A stretch of 64,000 bases of DNA, taken from assembly GCA_965214405.1 (NCBI GenBank), contig OZ243956.1, positions 3,456,001-3,520,000 of the forward strand, given 5' to 3'. Every line of letters starts with the position of its first letter. Position 1 is the first letter of the stretch. A program made the translations under genes and the position numbers. The notes beneath the pieces were generated by a model. The model was not told the origin of the DNA, did not search any database, and saw only the letters and a program-made list of their open reading frames with translations. Shown here piece by piece: positions 21,110 to 31,088 of the stretch. The stretch comes from Trueperaceae bacterium. GTDB taxonomy: Bacteria > Deinococcota > Deinococci > Deinococcales > Trueperaceae.

Positions 21110-22237
21110 TTATCTCAAATTCACCCTGGCCCCCAGCAAATAAAGCCCCAGCCCCGCCAGCAGCCCATTTCCCGCCCAGACCCCCAACCACACGGGCAGG
21201 GTGCCCGCCTGTGCGAGAAGTTGGCCGACAGTGAGGAGCAAGTACCACGCGAGCGTCACGACGAGCGATAAACCAAAGGCGACCGCGCGGGAGCGGGCGT
21301 AGAGGAGCGCTAAGGGGACCGCCACGAGCAGCAGCGTGAGGTTGGCGAAGGGCTCGGCCAGCTTGCGGTGAAAGAGCGCCGCCGCTGTCCGGCGTTCGCC
21401 AACGGGTAAGGCCAAGTCGCGGGCGTCCTCATAAGCCCCCCGCACCGACCGACTGTCCTCAAACCCGCCGCCGCTAAAACGGGTGACGAGGTCGTCATAG
21501 GAGACGGGCAGGGTGACGCGCAGGCTCGAGTCCGGGTTCGGCGCGCGGCTGTCGGCACGTAAAAGTGTGCGCAAGAAAGCCTCAGCATCACCCTCTGGAC
21601 GCGACAACGCGGCAAAATCCACGACACTTGTGTGGTAACCGTAAAGCTCGAGCCCCCCGTCCATAAACCTCGCCCGGTCCGCAAAAACCACGGTCAGCGT
21701 CCGGTCTTGCCAGGACTCGAGCCTCACGCCAAACATCTCATCCGTCGCGCGGTCCGTCGTGCTAAAACGGAGACTCGTGTCGCCCAGCGGCAGGTTTTGT
21801 TCGGCCAAACGGTAGAGCCCGCTGCCGCCGCTCGTCAACTCCCAATAGAGTGCGCCAACCCGCGCGTTGGTCGTGGGCAGCACCCGCTCGTTGAGAAGGA
21901 GCGCCCCCGCCGCGGCGAGGAGGCCCAGGAGGATGAATACCCTTGCCAACCGCCCCAGCGCCACGCCCCCCGCCTGCGCCGCCAGAAGTTCGCTGTCCGC
22001 GCTCAAACGGCCAAAGGTCAGCAGCACCGCCAAAAGGAGCGCGATGGGCAGCGTTTGCACCGCGGCGGCGGGGACTTGCAGTGCCAGCCAGCCCAGCAGC
22101 GGCCCCAGCGGCGCGCCCACAATCCACCCCAAGCGTGGCAGGGTCACGCTGACCACCGCCAGCGTGCTGTACAAAAGGAGGCCGAAGACAAAGGGTGGCA
22201 GGCTCTCTTTAAGAAGGTAGCGGTCAAGGCGTTTCAT
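21110..22237 (-). CDS. LptF/LptG family permease
   Basis: MKRLDRYLLKE start, RLSADSELLA..AGG, FHRKLAEPFA, 3+3 TM layout. Confidence 0.9.
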   Translation of the reverse strand: MKRLDRYLLKESLPPFVFGLLLYSTLAVVSVTLPRLGWIVGAPLGPLLGWLALQVPAAAVQTLPIALLLAVLLTFGRLSADSELLAAQAGGVALGRLARVFILLGLLAAAGALLLNERVLPTTNARVGALYWELTSGGSGLYRLAEQNLPLGDTSLRFSTTDRATDEMFGVRLESWQDRTLTVVFADRARFMDGGLELYGYHTSVVDFAALSRPEGDAEAFLRTLLRADSRAPNPDSSLRVTLPVSYDDLVTRFSGGGFEDSRSVRGAYEDARDLALPVGERRTAAALFHRKLAEPFANLTLLLVAVPLALLYARSRAVAFGLSLVVTLAWYLLLTVGQLLAQAGTLPVWLGVWAGNGLLAGLGLYLLGARVNLR

Positions 22238-22241
22238 GGAA

Positions 22242-24203
22242 TTACGGGGCGCTCGGCTCGAGCGCAAACGTCGTCGTCGCCTCGTCGCGGAGTTGTTTGT
22301 AACCTGCCGTAACGGTGCCGCAGCAGCTCCGGTAGGTGAATGAAAGCCCGGCACCCGAGACGCGCAAGGGACCCGCGCCCGTCAGCGGTCCCGCTAGATT
22401 GAGAGCTATAAAAGGCTCGAGCACTAACCTCTCACCCACATGAAGCGGCGCGCTTCCTGACACCTCCACCACGTCCAACCGCCTCACCTCCGGCAGAAGA
22501 TTGTAACGCGCGTAGAGGCCCGCCCCAAAGTTATCGTTGGCAAGACCCACGCCCGCCGCGACAAAGGCGCGGGTGTCCGGGTCGAAACGGGTCTCGAGCA
22601 CGCGGGCAAGCTCTAAATCAAAAGTTGGCGTGACGATAAAAGAAGCCGTGGGCAGCGCCGCGCGTGCGGAGAGAAAAAAAGTCCGAAAGGAATTTTTATT
22701 GGGTTCGGGCAAAAAGTTGTAAGCAAACGTTGTGGTGACGCCCGCGTTTCCCCCACCTCTTAAGTCACCCGTTACGGTGGCGTTGCCGAGAAGAGCGCTC
22801 ACGGGCTCGAGCCGGTCCAGCCGGACGGAAAAGGGCGAGGCGCTGTTGGTCAAGAGCCGGTCAAAGGTCAGGGTGCCTGTGAAGGGAGGGCGCTCGAGCC
22901 GCCAACTCGGCGCAACGCGGAAACCGTACTGAACTTTGTCAAAAGTAGGATAAACGCTCACGCTGGCCCCCGTGCGGAGGCCGAACCGGCCCAGCGGGGT
23001 CTCGGGAGAGGTGTAAATGGCCTCGGCAGACGCGGCTATGCGCGGCGCTATAACGAACGCGTCCCCCAGCTTTTGCCCCGAAACGGCGGCGGTCGCGTTG
23101 CCACTAAAGCGCAGGCTGTCGTCACTCAAGGGTCCAGGCCAGGTATGCGCGCCGTCAAGGCTCACAGCACCCTCGCGTAAGAAATCCTCCAGCGCCCAAA
23201 GATGATTACGGAGGCCGAAGCTCACCGTAAACGCGTCGTTTAGAGGCTCGAGAAAACGCACGTCAGCCTGAACGCCCCAGGGTCCGCGCCCGACGGTCAC
23301 GCCCAAACCCGGCCTGTCCAAGTGGAGGAGGCCGAACGGTGCGGAAGGGCGCGTCTCACCCACGCCGGTAAACCCGGTAGAGAGCGCGAAGCCGTTACGA
23401 AGCGGGAGCCGAGTAAGTTGAAGAGTGCGGCCTACGCCCTCAAGCGTGTCAACGCGCACCGGCAGCCTGAGGCTCGAGGGGTCGGACAAGTCCAACTCGG
23501 GCGCAAGTTTAAGCGCCGCGCCGCCCACATTCAGCACCCCGTTACGGACCGAAACCCACCCCGCTTCCTCCACCCGAAGCTCAGGTGAGGAGACGGTGTA
23601 GAGCGGCGGGCCGCACGTGCAGGTCGTCGCCACGGCCTCGTCAAAAACCAGCGTCTCGCCCGAAAGGGTCGCGCGCGCGCCGCTCACCCGGTAGCCTCGG
23701 CCCAAGGCCCACACGTCGTCCAGCGTAAATTCACCCGTGGAAAACGTGTAAGTGGCGCGCGCCGCCGCGCCCGTGACCGTTCTCTCCAGGCCACCCCTAA
23801 ACCACACCTCTGTAAGCTGCATCGCCGCGCTGTCGGTAAGAAGCGTGTCGCCCTCGAGCCTCCACTCTCCTACCCAAAGCACCGCCGCAGACGTGGTAAT
23901 AACGGGCTCCGTGCTCACATTTGCGGCTTGGAGCGAGGCGGCCTCGAGCCTCCAGCCCTCACCCCGGACGCAGACGCCGTTGGTGAGCGTAGCCGCGTCC
24001 TCTTTTTGGTTGAAGTCGAGGTCGCCAAAGGTCGCGGTGCCCAAGCCGGTAAGCTCGAGCCTCGGGCTACTCGGCAGCCTCTCGCAGAGCGTTTGCGCCT
24101 CTTGCAGGGTTGGACGAAGGATTGAAACCGTTTCCTGAGCCAGCGTTTGGGTCAGGACGCTCGAGACCATCAAAAACATAAAGACAAGCCGGGGCCACCT
24201 CAA
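22242..24203 (-). CDS. LptD/OstA-like outer-membrane protein
   Basis: Signal peptide, beta-jellyroll-like N-terminus with ATTCTC, beta-rich C-terminus with SCCG; in operon with lptF/G. Confidence 0.6.
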   Translation of the reverse strand: MRWPRLVFMFLMVSSVLTQTLAQETVSILRPTLQEAQTLCERLPSSPRLELTGLGTATFGDLDFNQKEDAATLTNGVCVRGEGWRLEAASLQAANVSTEPVITTSAAVLWVGEWRLEGDTLLTDSAAMQLTEVWFRGGLERTVTGAAARATYTFSTGEFTLDDVWALGRGYRVSGARATLSGETLVFDEAVATTCTCGPPLYTVSSPELRVEEAGWVSVRNGVLNVGGAALKLAPELDLSDPSSLRLPVRVDTLEGVGRTLQLTRLPLRNGFALSTGFTGVGETRPSAPFGLLHLDRPGLGVTVGRGPWGVQADVRFLEPLNDAFTVSFGLRNHLWALEDFLREGAVSLDGAHTWPGPLSDDSLRFSGNATAAVSGQKLGDAFVIAPRIAASAEAIYTSPETPLGRFGLRTGASVSVYPTFDKVQYGFRVAPSWRLERPPFTGTLTFDRLLTNSASPFSVRLDRLEPVSALLGNATVTGDLRGGGNAGVTTTFAYNFLPEPNKNSFRTFFLSARAALPTASFIVTPTFDLELARVLETRFDPDTRAFVAAGVGLANDNFGAGLYARYNLLPEVRRLDVVEVSGSAPLHVGERLVLEPFIALNLAGPLTGAGPLRVSGAGLSFTYRSCCGTVTAGYKQLRDEATTTFALEPSAP

Positions 24204-24205
24204 GG

Positions 24206-24847
24206 TCAGGGCAGGTAGGGCTCGAGGCGGGTTTGAAGCGCCGGGTCTACGGTTGTACTCGCCTCGAAGTCCGTCTCGTCCGCGCCCCAGGTGAGACTTA
24301 GGAAATCCTTGGTTTCGCTCTGGAGGGTGAGCGGCCCACTTTGGTAAAGATAGGGTCCCACCACCAGCGCCGCGTTTTGCTGGAGGTCCACGAGCAAGGC
24401 GGCAGCTTGGAGCGCGGGCGTCTCGCTCGAGAGACTTCCCGCCGCCACCGCGACCTCGTCGGCAAGGTGGAGCGTCAGCGTGTCCGACCGGAGCGCTAAA
24501 TCCTCGCCCTTAAAGGTGACGCCGCCTGTGGCCTCGAGGGTCTGCGCGTTCGTATCAAGCCGAACCGTGGGGGCGGCAAGCGAACCAAACTCTCCTGCCA
24601 CCTCTCCGTCCGTCACCTCGACATAATCGCTCTCTTTGTACGTCACCAGACTCCCTGATAGAGTCACGCCGCTCTCCGCATCCACGATTTCGCCGCCCTG
24701 TGGCAGCGTAGTGACGCCCGTGGCTAGGTCCACCGTCTGGTCACCGTAGGGGGTGATCTGGAGGGCCGCGAAGGGTGCTGTTTGGGCGAGCGCGAGGGGC
24801 GCGATAAGGGTCAGAAGCGTGAAAACACCAAGACGCAAAAGAAGCAT
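24206..24847 (-). CDS. LptA/OstA-like periplasmic protein
   Basis: Signal peptide, LEATGGVTF-type jellyroll strands, operon context. Confidence 0.5.
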   Translation of the reverse strand: MLLLRLGVFTLLTLIAPLALAQTAPFAALQITPYGDQTVDLATGVTTLPQGGEIVDAESGVTLSGSLVTYKESDYVEVTDGEVAGEFGSLAAPTVRLDTNAQTLEATGGVTFKGEDLALRSDTLTLHLADEVAVAAGSLSSETPALQAAALLVDLQQNAALVVGPYLYQSGPLTLQSETKDFLSLTWGADETDFEASTTVDPALQTRLEPYLP

Positions 24848-24909
24848 GGTGGTCAGTCTACCGTGACCACCATGAGAAGGGGGCTGGATTCTTTAGATAA
24901 AAGCGGGCT

Positions 24910-26130
24910 TTAGGAAGGCCCCAGCGCGACCGTCAGCATATGGTCGAAGGGCCGCTCTGCAAGAAGCGCGGCGGCGTCCTCCGGGGTGGTCGCCATGATG
25001 GCGTCGACAACTTCTTGGACCGTCTTGTATTCGCCCGTGTAGAGGTAGCTCGTCCCAAAGGACATGAGCCGCCCGAAAGGCGTTTCGCCGCGCAGGGTGA
25101 GGCCGGTCGCCAGTTTGCGCTGCGCCCGCGTCCACTCGTCTGCGGTGACGCCCTCGTCTTGGGCGGTTTGCAGGGTCTCGAGGTACGTCTTCAGAACCCC
25201 GTTAAGTTCCTCCGGCGCGGTGGACACGTAGCCCACAAACGCGCCCGCCCCGTCCGCGCTGTCGTGCGACAACGAAGCGTTGTCCGCCAAGCCCTTGTCC
25301 ACCAAAGCCCAATAGAGGCGGCTACCCTCGCCGCCACCCAGCGCGTTGGCGAGCACCGAGGCGGCGTAGCGCCGCGGGTCCTGGGCGCTCACGCCGGGGG
25401 CGTAGGCGGCCACGTGGACGCGGGTGAGTTTGGGGTCTTGAAGCGTTTCTTGACCGCTCGAGGGCTTAAGAATTGGATAGTCACGCCCCGCCTCGCTCGG
25501 CCTCCAGCCCTCGGTGAGGCTCGCTACTTGGTTTACAACCTTGTCCCACACATAGTTTCCCGCCACCGCCAGCGTGAGGTTGTCCGCCGCGTAGCGCGCC
25601 TCGAAGTAGCGGAGCATGGCGTCACGCTCCAAAGCAGTAATCGAATCCACCGAACCCAACACGGAGTTGCCCAGCGGATGACTGCTATAAAAGAGCCGGT
25701 TGCCCTCCTCAAACACCTTGAACGAAGGCCGGTCTTCGTACATGGCGATTTCTTCTAAAATGACATTCTTTTCTAAATCAAAGTCTTCGTTACGCAGCGC
25801 GGGGCGCATCATGTCCGAAAGAAGGTCCAAAAGCCGTTCGCCGCGTTCGGGCAAGACCGCGCCGTAGTAGACGGTGCGCTCGTCCGACGTGTAGGCGTTG
25901 TAGTTGGCCCCGAGTTCGTCGAATTCGCGGTTGATGTCCTCGGGCGAGCGCCGGGCGGTGCCCTTAAACATCATGTGCTCTAAAAAATGCGACACCCCCG
26001 CCACCTCGGGCGTCTCGTCTCGAGCGCCCGTCTTGACGAAGTAGCCCGCCGCAAAGGTTTGCGCCTGCGGGTTGTGCTCGCCGATGATGGTGAGGCCGTT
26101 GTCAAGGGTGGTTTTATCAAAGTGAATCAC
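24910..26130 (-). CDS. M16 (pitrilysin) peptidase, catalytic subunit
   Basis: HFLEHMMFKG (HxxEH), NAYTS, VILEE. Confidence 0.93.
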   Translation of the reverse strand: MIHFDKTTLDNGLTIIGEHNPQAQTFAAGYFVKTGARDETPEVAGVSHFLEHMMFKGTARRSPEDINREFDELGANYNAYTSDERTVYYGAVLPERGERLLDLLSDMMRPALRNEDFDLEKNVILEEIAMYEDRPSFKVFEEGNRLFYSSHPLGNSVLGSVDSITALERDAMLRYFEARYAADNLTLAVAGNYVWDKVVNQVASLTEGWRPSEAGRDYPILKPSSGQETLQDPKLTRVHVAAYAPGVSAQDPRRYAASVLANALGGGEGSRLYWALVDKGLADNASLSHDSADGAGAFVGYVSTAPEELNGVLKTYLETLQTAQDEGVTADEWTRAQRKLATGLTLRGETPFGRLMSFGTSYLYTGEYKTVQEVVDAIMATTPEDAAALLAERPFDHMLTVALGPS

Positions 26131-27413
26131 GCGCCTACCTCCACGGCGTCAGAGTCTAAATTGGGGTCTAATGCTTTGGGTCCTAAAGTCAGCACCGTGA
26201 ATTCCGGTGCGGGGCGCTCAGCCAAAAAGCGGTTGAGGTCGTCCAAAGTCACAGCTTGAACGGCTTCCTTGGTCTCCTGCACGGGACGCGGCGCGCCGCG
26301 CAAAAAGGTGTCGCGGGCCAAGGCGCTCGCCCTCGCGCCGCTCGACTCGCCCTGCATCACGAGTTGCGATAAGATGCCGGTGCGGGCGCGCTCGAGTTCT
26401 TCCTCGCTCACCCCGTCGTGAACGCGGGTGAGTTCGTTGAGGAGCACGCTCAAAGTTTCGTCGGCGCGCTCGGGCGTCGTGCCCGCGTAGCCCAGTGTGT
26501 AGCCGAAACCCCGCACCACCCGGCTCACCGCGGCCACGCTGTAGACGAGGCCGCGCTTTTCGCGGACTTCGGTAAAGAGGCGCGAGCCCATCCCGCCGCT
26601 CAGCACGCCCGTCGCCAGCGCGTTTTCGTACCAGCCGGGCGCGTCGGGGGCCACGGCCTCGTACGCCACGCCAATCTGGACTTGCGAGGTGTCGGCGTCC
26701 GTGTGCGCCTGGTGCGGCGGCGCGACCTCCGCCTCCGGCAGCGCGGGCGCGTCTCCCGTCCAGTCGCCGAACAGCGTCTCGACAAGCTCGAGCAGCGGCT
26801 CCCAGGTCACGCCCCCCGCGACGGCCAAAATCAGCCCCTGCGGCGACACGCGCCGCGCGTAGTCGGCACGCACATTCTCGACCGCGAGCGCCTTTAGGCC
26901 CTCTTCGGTCCCGTACGACGAGCGTCCGTGGGGCGAGGCGAAGTAACTTTTTGAGAGTGCCTGAAAGAGGCGCTGCGTCGGGTTGTCGCCCAGCGAGGCG
27001 AGTTCCTGGAGCGCCAAGGTGCGCGCGGGCTCAAACTCGTTATCCTCGAGGGCGGGGCGGCGGAGGATGTCGGCGTAAAGGGGCAGCGTCTCGCCTAACG
27101 TGTCCGCCAGCAGCGAGGCCGACAGCGTCGCGTACTCGGTGCCCGCGCCGCCGCCGCGTCGGACGCCTAAAGCGTCGAGCGCGTCGGAAAGCTCCCTCGA
27201 ACTCCGCCCCCCCGCACCGCGGTAGAGCAGGTCGTTCAAGACCGTCGCGTTCCCCTCCTCACCCGCGGGATCGCCCAGCGAGCCGACGGGCATAAGAAAC
27301 TGAAACGAGGCCGAGGGCAGCCAGGGCATGGGCTCGAGCAGCAGCGTAAAGCCGTTGGGCAGCCTCTTCTGCCTAATTTGTGTGTCTTCTTTCTTGTTCA
27401 TATTTGTAGTCAT
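26127..27413 (-). CDS. M16 peptidase, non-catalytic partner
   Basis: GGMGSRLFTEVREKRGLVYS, no HxxEH; start placed at ATG 27413 because TATACT lies 7 nt upstream. Confidence 0.88.
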   Translation of the reverse strand: MTTNMNKKEDTQIRQKRLPNGFTLLLEPMPWLPSASFQFLMPVGSLGDPAGEEGNATVLNDLLYRGAGGRSSRELSDALDALGVRRGGGAGTEYATLSASLLADTLGETLPLYADILRRPALEDNEFEPARTLALQELASLGDNPTQRLFQALSKSYFASPHGRSSYGTEEGLKALAVENVRADYARRVSPQGLILAVAGGVTWEPLLELVETLFGDWTGDAPALPEAEVAPPHQAHTDADTSQVQIGVAYEAVAPDAPGWYENALATGVLSGGMGSRLFTEVREKRGLVYSVAAVSRVVRGFGYTLGYAGTTPERADETLSVLLNELTRVHDGVSEEELERARTGILSQLVMQGESSGARASALARDTFLRGAPRPVQETKEAVQAVTLDDLNRFLAERPAPEFTVLTLGPKALDPNLDSDAVEVGA

Positions 27414-27567
27414 AGCCCCAAGTATAGCCCTCGAGGGTGTGGTGGGGATGTTGTTGGTGAGGAGAGATGGGGAGATGAGGAGGTAGGGAGATAGGGAGAA
27501 AAAACGTGTGACTTCGTTCTTACACACCGCATATCGTGTTATGTATCTTCCGACACAACCCACTATT

Positions 27568-27591
27568 ATTGCAAAGCGTAATGTTTGCAAT
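27568..27591 (+). promoter_or_regulatory. Candidate MarR operator over a leaderless -10 box
   Basis: Inverted repeat ATTGCAAA-N8-TTTGCAAT containing TAATGT, directly before GTG 27592. Confidence 0.6.
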
Positions 27592-28041
27592 GTGCAAGTA
27601 TCTGAAGGAACCAGCCAACGCTTTATGCACGCCTTTTGGGGACTGCGGCAGGTGATGCTGCGCCGGATCAATCCCAAAATCCGGGAGGCGCACGACCTAG
27701 AGTTTTTGGAGGTTTTGCTGCTCGAGACCATCGGCACCACCGACCTAAGCCCCTCGGAAATCTCGGAAGCGATGCAAATCCCTGCCCACGCGATTTCGCG
27801 CAAGCTCGACGAACTCGAAAAAGCGGGGCTGATAGCGCGCGCTCTCGACCCGAAGGACGCGCGGCGGCGGGTGCTGAGTTTGACCGCTCGAGGCGCAGTG
27901 GTGACGCGCGACGCGCTCCGCACCTTGGACGCGGAGGTTAGCAGGATGCTCGAGCCCCTTCCCCCGGAGGTACAAGAAACGATGATAGCCGCCATTGAAA
28001 CGATGTCACACGGGATGAACTCACCCCAGGAGCCTTTATGA
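27592..28041 (+). CDS. MarR family regulator
   Basis: SEIS..MQIP..AISRKLDELEKAGLIAR..DPKDARR..LSLT.RG. Confidence 0.9.
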   Translation: MQVSEGTSQRFMHAFWGLRQVMLRRINPKIREAHDLEFLEVLLLETIGTTDLSPSEISEAMQIPAHAISRKLDELEKAGLIARALDPKDARRRVLSLTARGAVVTRDALRTLDAEVSRMLEPLPPEVQETMIAAIETMSHGMNSPQEPL

Positions 28042-29858
28042 GCCTGTCAAGAAGAGACACGACCTTCACACTTATCGGTATTTTGCTGGCCCTCTTTCTG
28101 GGCGCGATAGACCAGACCATCGTCTCGACGGCGCTGCCCAAAATCGTCGAGGATTTGCAGGGCCTGAGCCGCTACGCCTGGGTCATCACCTCGTATCTCA
28201 TCGCCTCGACCGTGCTCGTGCCCATCTACGGCAAACTGGCGGACATGTATTCGCGCAGGCGCATCGAACTCTGGTCCATCGGGCTTTTTCTGACGGGCTC
28301 TTTTTTGTGCGGGCTCGCGGGCGAGTTCGGCTCGCTGCCCCTAATCGGCGACGGGATGAACCAACTCATCGCCTTTCGGGCGGTTCAGGGCTTGGGCGGC
28401 GCGGGGCTTTTTGCGATGGCGTTTATTATCATCGCCGACCTTTTTCCGCCCTCTGAACGCGGCAAGTATCAGGGGCTGGTGGGGGCCACCTTCGGGATTG
28501 CCAGCGTGCTGGGGCCGCTTATCGGCGGGTTTTTGACCGACTACGGCTCCGGCATCATCCCGGGCGTCGCGGGCTGGCGCTGGGTCTTTTACGTAAACGT
28601 GCCCTTCGGCGCGCTCGCCCTGTGGTTTATCATCACCCGGATGCCGCCCCTGGTGCCGCAGGGGGAGAAAACGGGGCTCGACTTCCTCGCCGCTTTCTTG
28701 CTCGTTATCGGCCTCGTGCCGCTCGTGCTGGCGCTACAGCTCGACAAGACGCAGTACCCTTGGGGGGGTCCGGTCACGCTCTCGCTCTTCGGGGTGGCGG
28801 GAGCCGCGCTCGCGCTCTTCGTGCTGCGCTCGCTGCGGTCCTCCAACCCGATTCTCGACTTAAGGCTCTTCAAAAACAAAGTGTTCAGCACCTCGAGCGT
28901 CGCCCTCCTCTTTTTGGGCGCGGCCTTCTTGAGCACCGTCGCTTTTTTGCCGCTCTTTATGATCAACGTGCTCGGCGTGACCGCGACCGAGGCGGGTTTG
29001 TCGCTCGTGCCGCTCTCGCTGGGCGTGGTGTTTGGCGCGATTGTCTCGGGACAGCTCGTGTCGCGCTTCGGGCACTACCGCGCGCTCATGCTCTTTGGCG
29101 GCGCGGTTTTGCTGGCGGGGGTGTGGCTGCTCTCGAGCATGTCGCCCGACGTTCCCTACTGGCAGGTCACGCTTTACATGGTCGTTTGCGGCTTGGGCGT
29201 CGGCCCCTCGCTGCCCCTCTACACGCTGGCGATTCAGAACGCGGTTGACGTACGCAAGGTGGGCCAGGCTACCTCCGCGAGCCAGTTTTTTAGGCAGATC
29301 GGCGGGGCCGTCGGCACGGCCATCTTGGGGACGGTCTTAGCCACCACGCTCGCCGCGTCTTTTTCGCAGAACATGCCCCAGGAGTTCGCGGGAGCCTTTG
29401 GCGGGGCCGAGGGTGTCGGCGGGGCCGAGAGCCGCCTCGCCTCGACGGGCGGGACCGAAGTCGGTGAGCAGATACGCGCGGCTTTTAACGAACAGTACGA
29501 CGCCATCGCGGGCGCGGTCGAGTCGGGCGACGCGGCGGCGCTTTCTACGGTGCTCGAGAGGAGCCCCCTACCCGCCGTCGCGCAAGCGGGCATCCGGGCG
29601 GGCGCGGCGGGCGTGCGAGGCAACCCGCAGGCCACAGCGGGCTTTTTGGCGGGACTCAAGAGCCAAATCGAGACCCAAGCCAGTACGCTCAGCCAGCAGG
29701 TCGAGCGCGGCATCAGGGTTTCGTTTACCACCGCTATTACGCGAATTTACTTCTACGTCATCTTTATCGTCATCGCAGGCTGGCTCGTGACGCTTTTTAT
29801 TCCCGAGTTGCCGCTTAGGAAGACGCTCGACCGGGCGGAGGCGGTGGCGGCGGATTAG
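28038..29858 (+). CDS. DHA2 (EmrB/QacA) MFS efflux pump
   Basis: DQTIVSTALP, GKLADMY.RR, RAVQGLGG, WRWVFYVNVP. Confidence 0.93.
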   Translation: MSLSRRDTTFTLIGILLALFLGAIDQTIVSTALPKIVEDLQGLSRYAWVITSYLIASTVLVPIYGKLADMYSRRRIELWSIGLFLTGSFLCGLAGEFGSLPLIGDGMNQLIAFRAVQGLGGAGLFAMAFIIIADLFPPSERGKYQGLVGATFGIASVLGPLIGGFLTDYGSGIIPGVAGWRWVFYVNVPFGALALWFIITRMPPLVPQGEKTGLDFLAAFLLVIGLVPLVLALQLDKTQYPWGGPVTLSLFGVAGAALALFVLRSLRSSNPILDLRLFKNKVFSTSSVALLFLGAAFLSTVAFLPLFMINVLGVTATEAGLSLVPLSLGVVFGAIVSGQLVSRFGHYRALMLFGGAVLLAGVWLLSSMSPDVPYWQVTLYMVVCGLGVGPSLPLYTLAIQNAVDVRKVGQATSASQFFRQIGGAVGTAILGTVLATTLAASFSQNMPQEFAGAFGGAEGVGGAESRLASTGGTEVGEQIRAAFNEQYDAIAGAVESGDAAALSTVLERSPLPAVAQAGIRAGAAGVRGNPQATAGFLAGLKSQIETQASTLSQQVERGIRVSFTTAITRIYFYVIFIVIAGWLVTLFIPELPLRKTLDRAEAVAAD

Positions 29859-30341
29859 GAGTTTCAGGCGGGAGGCTCGAGCGCAGGTAGGCTCGAGCCT
29901 CTTCCGCACCGTGCCAGCCCTCATTCTCTCGCACGTTCGGATAGAGACGTCTGAGTTCATCTTGTGTCGCGCTGTTCAACGCAAGAAAGTCTGCGCGTGT
30001 AACAGTTTGCCCTTCAGCGTCCAACGCCACGAGTTTATGGTCGCCGTCATCCCGGTAGAACACACCGCAGACGACACCCAAGAGGACGTCACCGGGCTGA
30101 GGGTTTTGCTGAGTCAGTAACAGAACGTCAAGATGCGGCTCGGGCGGTGTGCCGAGACCGCCGACCCAGCCGTAAGCGCCGCCAAAGCCTCTTTCAAACA
30201 TTAGCGACTTGTGCGGCGTTCGTTCAAACGACCCGCTTGCCCGGTCATAACGGAGGCGGTAGGGCTCACCCTTGGGTTGTTCGACAACGACCCAAACTTT
30301 CTCAGGGAAGTCGGGTGGAGGCTGACGGTCGCAAGGTTCAT
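29815..30341 (-). pseudogene. Inorganic pyrophosphatase-like gene, frameshifted
   Basis: MNLATVSLH, then after a 1-nt frameshift PDFPEKVWVVVEQPKG...YGWV...HLDVL...DDGDHKLV. Confidence 0.65.
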
Positions 30342-30426
30342 GAGGTCAGGTTACAACGCCAACCAACGTTAATTTTCCTCCAGTTTGCTAAAGTAGGTTT
30401 ATGACGTTCAAGGATTTGGAGAGGCT

Positions 30427-31050
30427 ATGGCAATAGACGCCGTTACGCAAAAGGAGTCTAAGCTCGAGCCTGCCTGGGAGATTGCCCACCTCTTCCCCCT
30501 ACAGGGTGCCTGGAGCAAGGCGGATTACCTCGCCCTGGAAACCAATCACCTGGTCGAGTTCTCCGATGGCAATATAGAAGTGCTGCCCATGCCGAGTGAA
30601 CGTCATCAAGATATCGTTATCTTGCTCGTGGGGTTCCTCAAGTCATTTATCGCCAACAAACCCGTGGGCAAAGTCCTCATTGCCCCCTTCCGCATCCGCC
30701 TCCGCAAAGACAAATACCGCGAGCCCGACGTGATGTTCATGCTGCGCGAGCATAGCGACAGGCGAACCGAAAATTATTGGCACGGCGCGGACCTGGTGAT
30801 GGAGGTCGTTAGCCCCGACGACCCCAGGCGCGACACCGAGGTGAAGTTACGAGAGTACGACCAGGCGAGCATCTCCGAATACTGGCTAGTGAATCCGCTG
30901 ACGGAAAAGACAACAGTCTTCACCCTGGCTGAGGAGAACTACCACGTCCACGGCGAGTTTGCGGCGGGTGAGACGGCGGGGTCTGGGCTGCTTGACGGCT
31001 TTAGGGTCGATGTTGCGGCTGTGTTCGCAGAAGAGGCTGATGGCGCGTAG
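30427..31050 (+). CDS. Uma2 (DUF820) family endonuclease
   Basis: EFSDG, PMPSERHQ, REPDV, DLVMEVVSP, K..EY....I.EYWLV. Confidence 0.92.
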   Translation: MAIDAVTQKESKLEPAWEIAHLFPLQGAWSKADYLALETNHLVEFSDGNIEVLPMPSERHQDIVILLVGFLKSFIANKPVGKVLIAPFRIRLRKDKYREPDVMFMLREHSDRRTENYWHGADLVMEVVSPDDPRRDTEVKLREYDQASISEYWLVNPLTEKTTVFTLAEENYHVHGEFAAGETAGSGLLDGFRVDVAAVFAEEADGA

Positions 31051-31088
31051 CATTGTGCAAAACTGAGGCGGTAGGCGGTGATGCTCAA
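31051..31088 (-). pseudogene. N-terminal stub of a RES toxin
   Basis: TTG overlapping the antitoxin stop (TTGA); MSITAYRLSFAQ runs into the convergent Uma2 stop. Confidence 0.5.

Noticed and set aside
27414..27995. N-terminal extension of the 622-aa M16 ORF
   Set aside because: It overlaps marR on the opposite strand; the true start is ATG 27413 with a leaderless -10 box.
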